The notes: generated by a model not told the origin, from the letters alone. DNA of 41,995 bases from a virus (IMGVR_UViG_3300035396_000040:1-41995); one strand, 5' to 3'. Shown: positions 16,838 through 27,400, numbered from the stretch's first letter. Numbers and translations: made by a program.

Positions 16838-17207
16838 TAATAATCAATGGTCAAATGCCCGATTCAATTCATTCATTAAGAGTGCATTGAGGGCAGCAAG
16901 TAGTAGGTGGCCTGTGAAATATGTAGTGTTAAAGGAAGCTGCTACAGAGAAGAAGATAAATTGGAAGACAGGACGAGTAGCACAGCATTATCAATGCGCC
17001 TCTTGTAAAGAAGAGTTTCCTTTAAAGGAAGTGCAAGTAGATCATATCAATCCTGTAATTAACCCTGCTACTGGGTTTGTCTCATGGGATGAAGTGATTA
17101 CTAGAATGTTCTGTGAGAAAGAAGGCTTCCAAGTGCTGTGTAAAGTGTGTCATGCTGCAAAGACTCTTGCCGAGAGGCAACATAAAAAGGATAATAAAAA
17201 TAAATGA
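16830..17207 (+). CDS. HNH endonuclease (possible resolvase)
   Basis: CASC...VDHINP...LCKVCHAAKT. Confidence 0.85.
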   Translation: MYNNNQWSNARFNSFIKSALRAASSRWPVKYVVLKEAATEKKINWKTGRVAQHYQCASCKEEFPLKEVQVDHINPVINPATGFVSWDEVITRMFCEKEGFQVLCKVCHAAKTLAERQHKKDNKNK

Positions 17208-17443
17208 AAACTGAAATCTACGGCTATTCCCTCTTCAATGATATTGAAGATAGTGATTTGCAAGAACGTAATCGTGCTGTTGTAATGTCTAACATGGCTG
17301 AAGCTTATACAAAGAAAGGGAAGATTACATTGAAAGGTACTGGATTGATTGTGAATTACTTCAATGAAATTCCACAAGAGAAACGCCAATCTCTCTATCA
17401 ACGGTTTGAATCTACAATGAAGGAGCGTGGATATGTTGTCTGA
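17204..17443 (+). CDS. hypothetical protein (79 aa)
   Basis: ATGA overlap; SD AAGGA. Confidence 0.8.
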   Translation: MKTEIYGYSLFNDIEDSDLQERNRAVVMSNMAEAYTKKGKITLKGTGLIVNYFNEIPQEKRQSLYQRFESTMKERGYVV

Positions 17444-17714
17444 TGTACTCCCTTCATATGGGCAGATAGTAGAGAACACAATGAAAGAACTTCCTCCCCA
17501 CCCTTATGACCCTCTCTCCACTCAGATCGGAGGGGGTCATTATAAGAAACTAAAGATTCAACCTGTTGAATACATCCATGCTAACAATCTCCCATTTATT
17601 GAAGGGAGTATTGTGAAATACATCACAAGATGGAAAGATAAGGGTGGTAAGGCTGACCTAGAGAAGATTAAACATTTTGTTGATCTTCTTATTAAATTGG
17701 AGAAACTAGAATGA
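17433..17714 (+). CDS. DUF3310 / T7 gp1.7-like putative nucleotide kinase
   Basis: QIGGGHY, IQPVEYI, GSIVKYITR..KGG..DLEK. Confidence 0.85.
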   Translation: MLSDVLPSYGQIVENTMKELPPHPYDPLSTQIGGGHYKKLKIQPVEYIHANNLPFIEGSIVKYITRWKDKGGKADLEKIKHFVDLLIKLEKLE

Positions 17715-17893
17715 GGTCTGAATATTGGGTTGATCCACCATCAGGATGGATGTATGGATTCCCTAAGAAATGGGACGGGAATGGGGAGATTAATGATTGG
17801 CTAATCCAAGAAGGTTATCCAGAACCATTGCTTAATAGTTATGGCGAGTATTTCTACACAAGGATGTGGTATGCAGATGAAAGTAGTTCTTAA
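17711..17893 (+). CDS. hypothetical protein (60 aa, DPPSGWMYGFPK)
   Basis: ATGA overlap; aromatic-rich phage-like motif. Confidence 0.75.
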   Translation: MRSEYWVDPPSGWMYGFPKKWDGNGEINDWLIQEGYPEPLLNSYGEYFYTRMWYADESSS

Positions 17894-18452
17894 ATATATA
17901 ACACCAAATACAGAATCATTTATTGGAGAGATGGCAGCAATCTGCTATAATGGGTTAATTGATAAATCAGCTAATATCAGACGTGCTGCTAAATGTGCTG
18001 ATGATGGACATCTCAGTACTCTTAGGTTTGCCAATGCTGTCTTTGGTATTTATAATATTAGTCGTGTATGTTCTCATCAATTAGTAAGAAGCAAGCATCT
18101 GGATTTCTTACAACGTTCTCAACGTTATTGTAAAGAGGAGCTTGATATTGAAGACTTCACTATACCAAATGTAGCTAATTCCTACCAGAAAGATTGTATT
18201 ATCATTCATAATGAAGCCTGTAATAATCTTTATAATAGTCTTCTTAAAGATGGATGGAAGAAGGAAGATGCTAGATTTGTCCTTCCTGAAGCCACACACA
18301 CTGATATGAATGTTACAGGTAATCTGCAAGCATGGATGGATTTCATTAAACTACGGACACATAAGGCAGCACAATGGGAGATTCGAGAAGTAGCTACACA
18401 GATAAATAACATCTTAGCTAGAGAGTGTCCACATTTATTTAAGGAGATGTAA
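17877..18452 (+). CDS. thyX: FAD-dependent thymidylate synthase
   Basis: GHLS, SRVCSHQLVR, QRSQRY, EDARFVLP, AAQWEIR; start 17871 or 17877. Confidence 0.9.
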   Translation: MKVVLKYITPNTESFIGEMAAICYNGLIDKSANIRRAAKCADDGHLSTLRFANAVFGIYNISRVCSHQLVRSKHLDFLQRSQRYCKEELDIEDFTIPNVANSYQKDCIIIHNEACNNLYNSLLKDGWKKEDARFVLPEATHTDMNVTGNLQAWMDFIKLRTHKAAQWEIREVATQINNILARECPHLFKEM

Positions 18453-18580
18453 TGGTTATTGCTAAATTCTACTACACGAATGGTAGTACAATGGTAAGGC
18501 AGTTTAGGGATAAAGGCGCTATGGATTGGTTTGCAAAGATGGAAGGTGATCATCTTTTACGTTATGAGGAATTACATTGA
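18452..18580 (+). CDS. small hypothetical protein (42 aa, MVIAKFYYTNG...)
   Basis: Read from sequence; SD AAGGAG; coupled on both sides. Confidence 0.65.
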   Translation: MVIAKFYYTNGSTMVRQFRDKGAMDWFAKMEGDHLLRYEELH

Positions 18581-19341
18581 AAATTTTAGTTATACCGGAC
18601 TGTCAAGTTAAGGAGGGGGTGGATACATCCTACCTTAATCACATTGGACAATACATTGTTGATAAGCAACCCGATGTTATTGTAAATCTAGGAGACTTCT
18701 CCGATATGCCCTCTCTAAGCTCCTATGACGTGGGTAAGAAGAGTTTTGAGGGGAGACGTTACACAAAGGATGTTGAAGCCTCTCAGAGTGCTATGGGTGC
18801 CTTGCTGACCCCTATGATGATGCTTCAGGCTAGACAATATAGAGATAAGAAGAAAGTGTATCGTCCAAAGATGATCCTTACTTTAGGAAACCATGAAAAT
18901 CGTATTGATCGTGCTATTAATAATGACCCCAAGCTTGAAGGACTTATTGCTCAGAGTGATCTTGGCTATGAAGGATTTGGATGGGAAGTAGTTCCATTCT
19001 TGAGAACTGTAGTAGTAGAAGGTGTTGCATTCTCTCACTACTTTGTTACAGGACAAGCAGGGAGGCCAGCTTCTACAGCTAATGCTCAACTGAATAAGAA
19101 GCATATGTCTTGTGTAGCTGGTCATCAGCAAGGACTACAGATTGCTACAGCACACAGGGCTGATGGACAAAGACTCACTTCTATTATTGCTGGCTCCTGC
19201 TATTTACATGATGAAGAGTATCTCGGAGAACAGGGGAATATTCATTGGAGAGGAATTCTAATGTTACATGATGTACATGATGGGGAATTTGACCTGATGC
19301 CTGTATCTCTTAAATATCTTAAACAACGATATGAAAAGTGA
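18577..19341 (+). CDS. calcineurin-like metallophosphoesterase
   Basis: IPDCQ, GDFSD, GNHE, FSHY, AGHQ; TTG start with SD GAGG. Confidence 0.88.
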   Translation: MKILVIPDCQVKEGVDTSYLNHIGQYIVDKQPDVIVNLGDFSDMPSLSSYDVGKKSFEGRRYTKDVEASQSAMGALLTPMMMLQARQYRDKKKVYRPKMILTLGNHENRIDRAINNDPKLEGLIAQSDLGYEGFGWEVVPFLRTVVVEGVAFSHYFVTGQAGRPASTANAQLNKKHMSCVAGHQQGLQIATAHRADGQRLTSIIAGSCYLHDEEYLGEQGNIHWRGILMLHDVHDGEFDLMPVSLKYLKQRYEK

Positions 19342-19495
19342 TGATCTAATAGAAAGACTTAGACTTAGAGCATATATCCGTAGAGGTATCTCTACAAGAA
19401 AGAGTGTTCAAGAAGGGAAGCCAGATAGGATTGCAGACCTTCTTGAAGAAGCAGCTAAGAGAATTGAAGAATTAGAGAGGATTATTGTTGATTAA
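19331..19495 (+). CDS. small hypothetical protein (54 aa, MKSDDLIERLRLRA...DRIADLLEEAA)
   Basis: Read from sequence; fills gap, overlaps both neighbours. Confidence 0.7.
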   Translation: MKSDDLIERLRLRAYIRRGISTRKSVQEGKPDRIADLLEEAAKRIEELERIIVD

Positions 19496-21143
19496 AAGTA
19501 AATTTAGAAGCCAGCTTGGTGAGAACATCTTTAAACAGAAATATGCTCAAGGGCCAGAAGATACATGGGATCAATGTGCTGAACGTATTGTAGAAGATGT
19601 ATGTGGAAGTAGATGGGGGAAAGCCCCCGTCTTGATGGGTAAGGGTGACCGAGATCAACTAGCTCAGTACATCAAGGAATTCAAATTCATGCCGGGAGGA
19701 CGCTACATCTATTATGCTGGTCGTCCTAATAGCTATTTTAATAATTGTTTCTTGCTTAAAGCAGAAGAGGATACTAGGGAAGAATGGGCAGCATTAGCTC
19801 AGAGAGCAACGTCATGCTTGATGACGGGGGGAGGAATTGGTGTGGATTACTCCATCCTCCGTGCAAAGGGGAAGCCGATCCGTCGGACTGGGGGTGTTTC
19901 ATCCGGACCTATTTCTTTGATGAATATGTTGAACGAAATTGGCCGGAATGTCATGCAAGGTGGAAGCAGGCGCTCTGCAATCTACGCTAGTCTTAATTGG
20001 CAACATGAGGATATTCCAGACTTCCTGAATGCTAAGAACTGGTCTGAGACAATTAAGAAACTCAAGTCTGAAGATTTCAATTTCCCTGCTCAATTAGATA
20101 TGACTAACATCTCATTAAATTATGATGATGCGGCATTGAAAGACTATGATCCTTATGGTGGATGGGTTAATAAGCTTGGAAAGAACCCAATCTTCCTACA
20201 GAACTGTAGGCAAGCAATGGAGACAGGAGAGCCCGGATTTAGCTTCAACTTTGGTGATAAACAAAATGAAACATTACGCAATGCCTGTACTGAAGTTACT
20301 TCTGAGGATGACTCTGACGTTTGCAATCTCGGTAGTATTAACCTTGGCAACATTTCTAGCTTTGATGAGTTTAGGGATATTGTCAATCTTGCAAGCAAAT
20401 TCCTTGTCTGTGGAACCCTCAGAGCAGACCTTCCTTATGACAAAGTATATCAGGTTCGAGAAAAGAATCGTCGTCTTGGCCTTGGACTTATGGGGATTCA
20501 CGAATGGCTCCTTAAACGAAACTACCAGTATGAAGTAGTTCCTGAACTCCACCAATGGCTACAAGCATATAAAGATCAATCAGAACTCTCTGCTATTGAG
20601 CATTGTGACAGATTCTTTATTAGCCGTCCTGTAGCTTTTAGGTCTATTGCTCCAACGGGAAGTATTGGAATTCTAACAGGAAGCTCTACAGGTATTGAGC
20701 CTTTGTTTGCTGTCGCATATAAGAGACGCTACCTTACAAATGGAACAGTATGGAAATATGAATACTGTGTAGATGCTACAGCAGAGATGTTGATTAAGGA
20801 TGGTATCAATCCAGACAAGATTGAAACAGCTTATAGTCTAGCGAATGATTATGAAAAGCGAATTAAATTCCAAGCAGACATACAAGATTACGTTGATATG
20901 TCAATTTCCTCAACCATTAATCTCCCTTCTTGGGGATCAGAAGGCAACAACGATGACAAAGTTGGGAGCTTTGCAAAGATACTTGCTACCTATGCACCTA
21001 GGCTACGCGGATTCACCTGTTATCCTGATGGAAGTAGAGGAGGTCAGCCAATTACAGAAGTAGCTTATAAGGAAGCTATTAAGCATAAGGGAATTGTGTA
21101 TGAGGAAAATAACATGTGCTCAAATGGCGTCTGCGGTCTGTAA
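19485..21143 (+). CDS. nrdJ: ribonucleotide reductase, probably class II (AdoCbl-dependent)
   Basis: PGGR, NNCF, RRSA, GEPG, NACTE, CNLGS, APTGS, C-terminal CSNGVC; no nrdB-like gene in window. Confidence 0.85.
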   Translation: MLIKSKFRSQLGENIFKQKYAQGPEDTWDQCAERIVEDVCGSRWGKAPVLMGKGDRDQLAQYIKEFKFMPGGRYIYYAGRPNSYFNNCFLLKAEEDTREEWAALAQRATSCLMTGGGIGVDYSILRAKGKPIRRTGGVSSGPISLMNMLNEIGRNVMQGGSRRSAIYASLNWQHEDIPDFLNAKNWSETIKKLKSEDFNFPAQLDMTNISLNYDDAALKDYDPYGGWVNKLGKNPIFLQNCRQAMETGEPGFSFNFGDKQNETLRNACTEVTSEDDSDVCNLGSINLGNISSFDEFRDIVNLASKFLVCGTLRADLPYDKVYQVREKNRRLGLGLMGIHEWLLKRNYQYEVVPELHQWLQAYKDQSELSAIEHCDRFFISRPVAFRSIAPTGSIGILTGSSTGIEPLFAVAYKRRYLTNGTVWKYEYCVDATAEMLIKDGINPDKIETAYSLANDYEKRIKFQADIQDYVDMSISSTINLPSWGSEGNNDDKVGSFAKILATYAPRLRGFTCYPDGSRGGQPITEVAYKEAIKHKGIVYEENNMCSNGVCGL

Positions 21144-21259
21144 TCTGCCAGACTGGTATCTTTGGCATATGAAGAAATATTGGTCACACACATGGAAATG
21201 TGGGAAGAAGATGACAGGAAAAGATAGGCTTACCCGTAATTACTATTTAGGAATTATAC

Positions 21260-21433
21260 GTGGAAACACTCTCTTGGGCAGTAGTTGATCTAGGGAAAGA
21301 AACACATGTTATTCCTTATGTTAATGAAGAATATATTCTCCCTCCTCACACTGAATCCCCTAATTGTCCATGTCATCCTGAAATAGAGGAGTATGAAGAA
21401 GGTGATGTAATTATCCACAATATGATACATTAG
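21260..21433 (+). CDS. small hypothetical protein (57 aa, H...CPCHP...IIHN)
   Basis: Read from sequence; GTG start with SD AGGA; ends just before terminator. Confidence 0.6.
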   Translation: METLSWAVVDLGKETHVIPYVNEEYILPPHTESPNCPCHPEIEEYEEGDVIIHNMIH

Positions 21434-21440
21434 TAAAAAT

Positions 21441-21478
21441 AAAGCCCCAGTCCTAATTTCTAGGATATGGGGCTTTTT
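21441..21478. terminator. bidirectional intrinsic terminator between the converging arms
   Basis: AAAGCCCCA-gtccta...taggat-aTGGGGCTTTTT with A tract before and T tract after. Confidence 0.85.
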
Positions 21479-21671
21479 GTTGTCTAGCACTTACCCTTCT
21501 TACCGGGTATTTTCTTCTTTGGTTTTGCCATTTTCTTTTTCCTTTTGTCTGAGGGAGACAGGGCATTTAGAGCATTCTTCTAAACATCCTGTATAAATAT
21601 GCCACTCTCTCTGTCTGAGAATGTATTTTTTCTTACATTTTACATCTTTTTCTGATATATTTTTAATTTGA

Positions 21672-21700
21672 TGTACCCTTTTGTTAAAATTTCAAGTATA
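21672..21700 (+). promoter_or_regulatory. candidate phage-sigma (ECF-type) promoter, antisense to late operon
   Basis: TGTACC-CTTTT...(17 nt)-AGTATA; same motif and spacing as at 37470-37498 (-). Confidence 0.45.
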
Positions 21701-21787
21701 TCAGGGTATCACCCGGGGAAATAATATATCTATGTAATAGTATACTGGAGTATACTAGGATGTATATTATTATAATAATATAGTATA

Positions 21788-22072
21788 CTATCTCTTCTTA
21801 TTCTTCTTAAGTCTAGGATCATGTTGATTCATAGCTCTGTTCTTACTCTTAGATACTACCTTTAGATTCTTAGAGGATTTATCTTTAGTATTGTGATTGA
21901 CGTGATCAATATCATTCCCATCACCCTTCGATACCTTCCCCTTCTTCTCCATCAAAGCTCTAGCAGAATTCCTCTCAGCTCTCCTAGTCTTCTGAGTTTC
22001 TGAGCTATTATACTTCCTCTGTCTAATAGAGTCTGCTGTAGCTCCCTTCTTATATTGTCCCCTCTTAGGCAT
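21788..22072 (-). CDS. small basic HNH-like protein (94 aa)
   Basis: Start MPKRGQY with SD AAGGA; DIDHVNHN...NLKVVSKSKNR. Confidence 0.75.
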   Translation of the reverse strand: MPKRGQYKKGATADSIRQRKYNSSETQKTRRAERNSARALMEKKGKVSKGDGNDIDHVNHNTKDKSSKNLKVVSKSKNRAMNQHDPRLKKNKKR

Positions 22073-22073
22073 C

Positions 22074-22640
22074 CTATTCCTTTCCCATAATCTTATTGAT
22101 ATAAGGAAGGGTTTCTTTAGGCTTAGGAAGATGTTCCTTCCAATCCCCTCCAAATCTTTCAGCTTTACCTTCAGCCTTCATTACTGAGCCAACTCCTGCA
22201 TTGTAAGCAGCTAAGGCTTTCTCCCAGTCTCCAAACTTATCATAGAGCTTTCCTAGGTATTCCTTACCTACCCTGAGATATTCTTTCTCAGAATTGTCCT
22301 TAACAGGCTCAATACCAAATCCCGGTCTTTTCGCAGTCTTTGGCATCAATTGTGTAATACCTTGAGCACCAGCAGAAGATGTGATTAGATTACCCTTAGC
22401 ATCCATATGCACCCCATTACTCTCTGCTTGTAGAAGATTAGGGAAGATTGTATCAATAGAATGCTCAGGAAGGAGCTTAGGAGAGGCTACAGGAGGTTTA
22501 TTCTCTCTCTTGATATTCCATATCCTCTCCCAAGGTTTTAATTGAACCTGATTGGTTTCTGTAGGTTTAGGGGTTTCAGTGGTTACGGCTTCCCTCATCC
22601 TATTCCAGACTCTCTCCCAAGGAGGTGTATTAGAATCCAT
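22074..22640 (-). CDS. virion-associated lytic transglycosylase (SLT domain)
   Basis: QAESNG, GAQGITQLMP, ALAAYNAG, ETLPYI; SD GGAG before ATG 22640. Confidence 0.9.
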   Translation of the reverse strand: MDSNTPPWERVWNRMREAVTTETPKPTETNQVQLKPWERIWNIKRENKPPVASPKLLPEHSIDTIFPNLLQAESNGVHMDAKGNLITSSAGAQGITQLMPKTAKRPGFGIEPVKDNSEKEYLRVGKEYLGKLYDKFGDWEKALAAYNAGVGSVMKAEGKAERFGGDWKEHLPKPKETLPYINKIMGKE

Positions 22641-22674
22641 TAGTAATACTCCAATCAATATAATTCATATATAC

Positions 22675-24477
22675 TTATTCCTTCTTAGGAGTTTCTTCCT
22701 TAACCCAATTAGCTGCATCTTGATCATTTCCACCTAAATATTTATAACCATCTACCACTTGTCCCAGCTTTAGCATCTCCGGTTCTGGATAGATGGTAGG
22801 CATAATGTTATGCTTATTCTCTTCCCAATACTTAGCATAGTCAGTGTGTCCTTCCATATGAGCGCCCATATGAATGATTTTATTCACTTCCTTCTCTACA
22901 GGTTTAAGCCCTAATAGGCGTGTATCCAGTTCATCACGATAGAGAGGATCAACTGGCTTAGGCTTGAAAGCAACACCAGCCCCATTCCAATCAATCTTAA
23001 TAGCCTCAGAGAACTTAACAGGTTTATCTGGTTCTCCACCAAAGGCTTGGTATCCACTCCCCATCTGAACATCTTCACTGAGCTTCTTAGAAATAACCTT
23101 CTCTACATTCTGCTGATACATAACATTCATTACCATATTAGCATTCTGTACTGCTTGCTTATCTACCATCTTCTTCTCTACTAATTGAGCAAAGGTAGGA
23201 GAAGCTAAGAACTCAGCAGTAGATTTAAGCTGTTCTGGTTGAATCCCTGTAGAAGCTGCTTTCCCCACTTGATGTAGAAGATTGTTAGTAGCATTAGTTA
23301 CTTGCACTTGAACAGCTTCAGGATTGTCAGCCTTACCACTATTGATAAGCTTCATGTTATGCTCAATCATGGAGAAAGAAAGCTTCTCTGCTGCCTTATC
23401 TCCAATTACAGGAGGGGCAGTGGTAGGATCAGAACTAGCTCCTAGACGCATGATAGCATTCTGTGCAGCCTTGTTAGATTGCCAGAATAGTTCAGGAATC
23501 TGCCCACCTAGTAGTTGAGAAGTAACTGTCACTGCCACCATGTTAGGGTCTTGTAAAGCTGTAAGCTTACCCTTAGTGATTACAGTTTCTAGCTGTTGCT
23601 TAAGAGCATCTAGCTCAGTCTTCCCTTCAAGAGCTTTAATCCCTGTAGTCTTTAGGTTATCAAACAAGCTTCTCCATTGTCCAGCTAGTTCTGGATTAGC
23701 AGAAGCAGCAGAAGCAATAGCCCCTTCAATATTAGAGAAGTGAATTAGAAGATCATTGTTAGCCCCCTCTACATTCCCCTTACGTGCCTTCTCTACTGCT
23801 CCTAGAACAACTTCCTGACTAATAGGAAGCTGACTAGCTCCAATCTCAGAGAGAAGCCTTACACTTCCTTGTTTCAATTCCCATTCTGTTCTATTACGAT
23901 CAGCCCCTTCTTTTGCTCTAGCTTCCGTATTAATCTTCACTTGCTGTTCAAATGCAGCAGTCTTCTGACGTTGTATCTGAAAATTAGATAACATATTATT
24001 CACTAATTCAGGAGAAGCTCCATCAGGAATGAATCCACCAGAAGCTTGAAAATCTTTCTTCAGTTGGATAACTGCATCTTGCCTTGATTGTTCTACTTCT
24101 TTAAACTCACCAAGATTAGTATGTGCCCATAAATTCTTATCCACTTCACTAAATTCTTTACTGAGGTGAGGATTATTAGTCACATATTTAGCGTAATTAG
24201 CTCTAGCCATAGAAGCAATACGAGCAGGATCAACTCCTTGCTTCTCTGCATCAGCAAGAGCTACTTGTGACTGAGTGAATTCATTAATCACTTGTTGCTG
24301 TGCATCAGCCTTACGTTTCTGTTCTTCTTCCTTCTTATTCTGAAGGAATATACCAGTAAGTTGTCCAGCTAGGCCAATCAGAGGATTGCCAAAGTTAGAA
24401 ACATCTCTCTGTACGGGAGCAAGAGGTTGTGCTCCTGCCCCTTGCGGAGCAGTGAGTCCTGTATTAAAATCAGCCAT
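22675..24477 (-). CDS. internal virion (ejection) protein, 600 aa
   Basis: Ala/Gln-rich helical protein in podoviral ejection-protein position. Confidence 0.75.
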   Translation of the reverse strand: MADFNTGLTAPQGAGAQPLAPVQRDVSNFGNPLIGLAGQLTGIFLQNKKEEEQKRKADAQQQVINEFTQSQVALADAEKQGVDPARIASMARANYAKYVTNNPHLSKEFSEVDKNLWAHTNLGEFKEVEQSRQDAVIQLKKDFQASGGFIPDGASPELVNNMLSNFQIQRQKTAAFEQQVKINTEARAKEGADRNRTEWELKQGSVRLLSEIGASQLPISQEVVLGAVEKARKGNVEGANNDLLIHFSNIEGAIASAASANPELAGQWRSLFDNLKTTGIKALEGKTELDALKQQLETVITKGKLTALQDPNMVAVTVTSQLLGGQIPELFWQSNKAAQNAIMRLGASSDPTTAPPVIGDKAAEKLSFSMIEHNMKLINSGKADNPEAVQVQVTNATNNLLHQVGKAASTGIQPEQLKSTAEFLASPTFAQLVEKKMVDKQAVQNANMVMNVMYQQNVEKVISKKLSEDVQMGSGYQAFGGEPDKPVKFSEAIKIDWNGAGVAFKPKPVDPLYRDELDTRLLGLKPVEKEVNKIIHMGAHMEGHTDYAKYWEENKHNIMPTIYPEPEMLKLGQVVDGYKYLGGNDQDAANWVKEETPKKE

Positions 24478-27400
24478 TAATTATCTTCTCCATATTCCTT
24501 GGCTTGTTGTTGTAAATCTTTCATCATCTGTAGAGCCTTATTACGCTCATCATCATTTAGAATCTTCATGTTATTGATGGTTCCTTCATAGGAAGAAGTA
24601 GGAAGCTTCGCATATTCGAAAGCATTCTTAGTAATACGCATATCATTGTTATACAAATCCTTCTTCAGTTGAGAATAGATAATCTCCATTGCTTTAGGAT
24701 CATCCTTATACATATTCTTCATTGCCCCTAAGATGGTAACAACCCATTCTGGATTGTCATTAGTCATCTTCTGTTCTTTAGACAAGAGCTTGATGTATGT
24801 ATTATACACTTGTAAGACAGAATCCTTATGCTCTTTAGTGCCTTCCTTGAAGGCATTCATTACAGCATAGTCAATAATCTCATCCTGTGTCTTAAATCCA
24901 AACAACTGAGCAGCAGCTTGAACATAATTAGCATCTTCATTCAATGTGCTACCCTTAGAGGTTTTAATCTTACCAGTCTCATATATGGCCTTAGCTTTAT
25001 TATAATTACTCCAACCACTACTACCAGCTTCAGCAAATGAATTAAGAACTGCTAATGCATCAGGTACTTCCAATCCTTGTTGAGTATCAATGAATCCTGT
25101 ATATCTTCCAAGTCTACCAAGAGCTTCACGCATTCTACTACCTTCTTTAAAATACAAAGAGAAGGAAGGACTGTTAGTGATATACTCCGAATATCCACCT
25201 GTGGCAATAGCATCAAATAGATGAGCAAACCCTTCAGTGTTATATGGAGAGAATCCAGAGAAATCAATATGAGGATTCTTTCCAACTACCTTCATCAATG
25301 AATTATTGAATGCTGCACTCTCAAGACCAAATACTACAGCCTCTCTAGCTACAGAATCCTCAGGAAGCATGTCCTGTCCCACTAGGTTCGACAATACAGT
25401 AGCACCCGGTACTCCCCATAGGAGGGAGTCAGTTAAAATCAACCTGAGCTTATCCTGTGGCTTTATGATACGATTGGTGGTGACAGATGTAATAGCCTTG
25501 TGTGGCACTTGCATAAACTGTAAGAAGACACCCATACTATTCTGATTATACGGCATATCTCCTGCATGATTCATACTATAACTAAGAGCATCTGCATAAG
25601 CATAGGCTTCATCTCTCACTGTCTTATTGGTAAGGTCTTTACCCTCACGAATAAATTTATCACGTACAGATAAGAGGTGATGTAAGCGATTAGTTTGCTC
25701 ACCTAAGTCAAACCCCATCCTACGAGGAATTGCTATAGCTTTTCCTACAATACGCTTCACAGGATTGTGAGCTTCTACTAAATCAGTAAGAGTTCCTCTG
25801 ACAAGATTCTGCCTATCCACTCCTTGAAGCACCCCACTCTCTTCAACAAAGTCAATCATCTCTTGTTGAGCTTTAGAGAAACCTCTCTCACCCATCTTGT
25901 ATCGACCAAACACCATTGTATCACTAGGCCATTTACCTGAGAGAAGGTACATAGGATTGTATCCAGCTAACCGTGTAGCTTGATGACTTTGGATGATGAA
26001 CTGCCTAAGAGGATTTAATGCAAGATAAGAAGTGAATACACCACTCTTTAACAACTGAGTGGGTCCAACTTGTCCAGCAGCGAGCAGGCCACGTTCAACT
26101 TTATAGGCTCCCATGTCAGCAGCTTGAGAAGCAAGAGTATTGAACAATCCCTTAATCTTCTCATCCATACTATTAGCATAGCCATACTGAATGTAGTTAA
26201 TATTTTCTACAGTAGTACGAGCATCTGAAATCTTCTTATCATACAATGTACCACGTTTAGCAACTAAACTAGCTGCATCTTCTACCCACATTGGTTGATT
26301 AAACTTATCTCTAGGGAAGAATTCCTCATACTGCTTCACAGCACGGGCTTTAGCTGATTCAATATAATCACGCATACTAACACGTGTAGCAAGACTACGA
26401 GAAGACCTAATAGCGGATTCAGTAGGATCAACTACATATTGGCTGTCAAATGAAGTGATTGGATTAGTAGCTTCCTCTAGACGCTTACCACGATGCTTCT
26501 GTGCTACACGACCACTTGAATTTTGTAAATCCCAATAATGATCTGTATCAACCTTCATTTCATTTAAATCAGCACGTACATATACATCCTCATCTTTCAG
26601 TCCTTGAGAAGTGATTGTACGCTGGCGTAGATGTTCTGCTTCTCCTGAATCTCCTGCAACACCAATAGCTTTAGTGTAGAGTTCATTTCCACTTCCATCT
26701 CGTACAACCCGTACAATAAACTTAGGTGCTTTATAATGTACTTGATAATATCCGGGACGATAATTAAGAATCTGATCATTATCTCGAATGGCTCTAGCAT
26801 ACTCAGAAGGTGTATTTCGTACAATAATATGTTCTACTGTAGTTCCACCCATATCTGTTGGCCTACGGAGTTTTCCATAGTATCCCCCATTAGCATAGAG
26901 ATCATCCAATTCTTTCTGGCTAATCCTACGTACTTGCTGTAAAGCTGGATCATATACATCCGTAATAGTAGAATTCTTAGCAGATTGCTTCACAAAGAAA
27001 CGATCATTAGTATTCTCAAAGATTTTATAATCTTGATTACGTAACGTCTTAGCTACATCAGCATTCTCAAACCAGAAATGAGTATCCCATCCTTTACGCC
27101 ATGCTTTAATAGCCTCTACTTCTTCTTTCTTAAATCCCTTACCTAACAGGGTAACTTCATCATGCTCCACTCCAAGAAGATTAGCTTCTTTCAAATAATC
27201 ATATACTTTACCTTGTCGTACTGAATCAAGAGCTTCATGCTTCTGAGCAAAATCATGGAAGAGTTCTACCAACTTCTTATCAAGAAGGACACTCTTATGT
27301 TCTAATACTGTAGCAGCTTTAGTCAGTTGTGGATGGAGCATAGAAGCTGCATCTAATAGATGACGGGCAATACTACCAGACTTCTGGCTAATGAATGCAG

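Noticed and set aside
21094-21288. 64-aa ORF overlapping the RNR end
   Set aside because: Possible small gene (from about 21124) but no clear SD or motif; not supported enough to list
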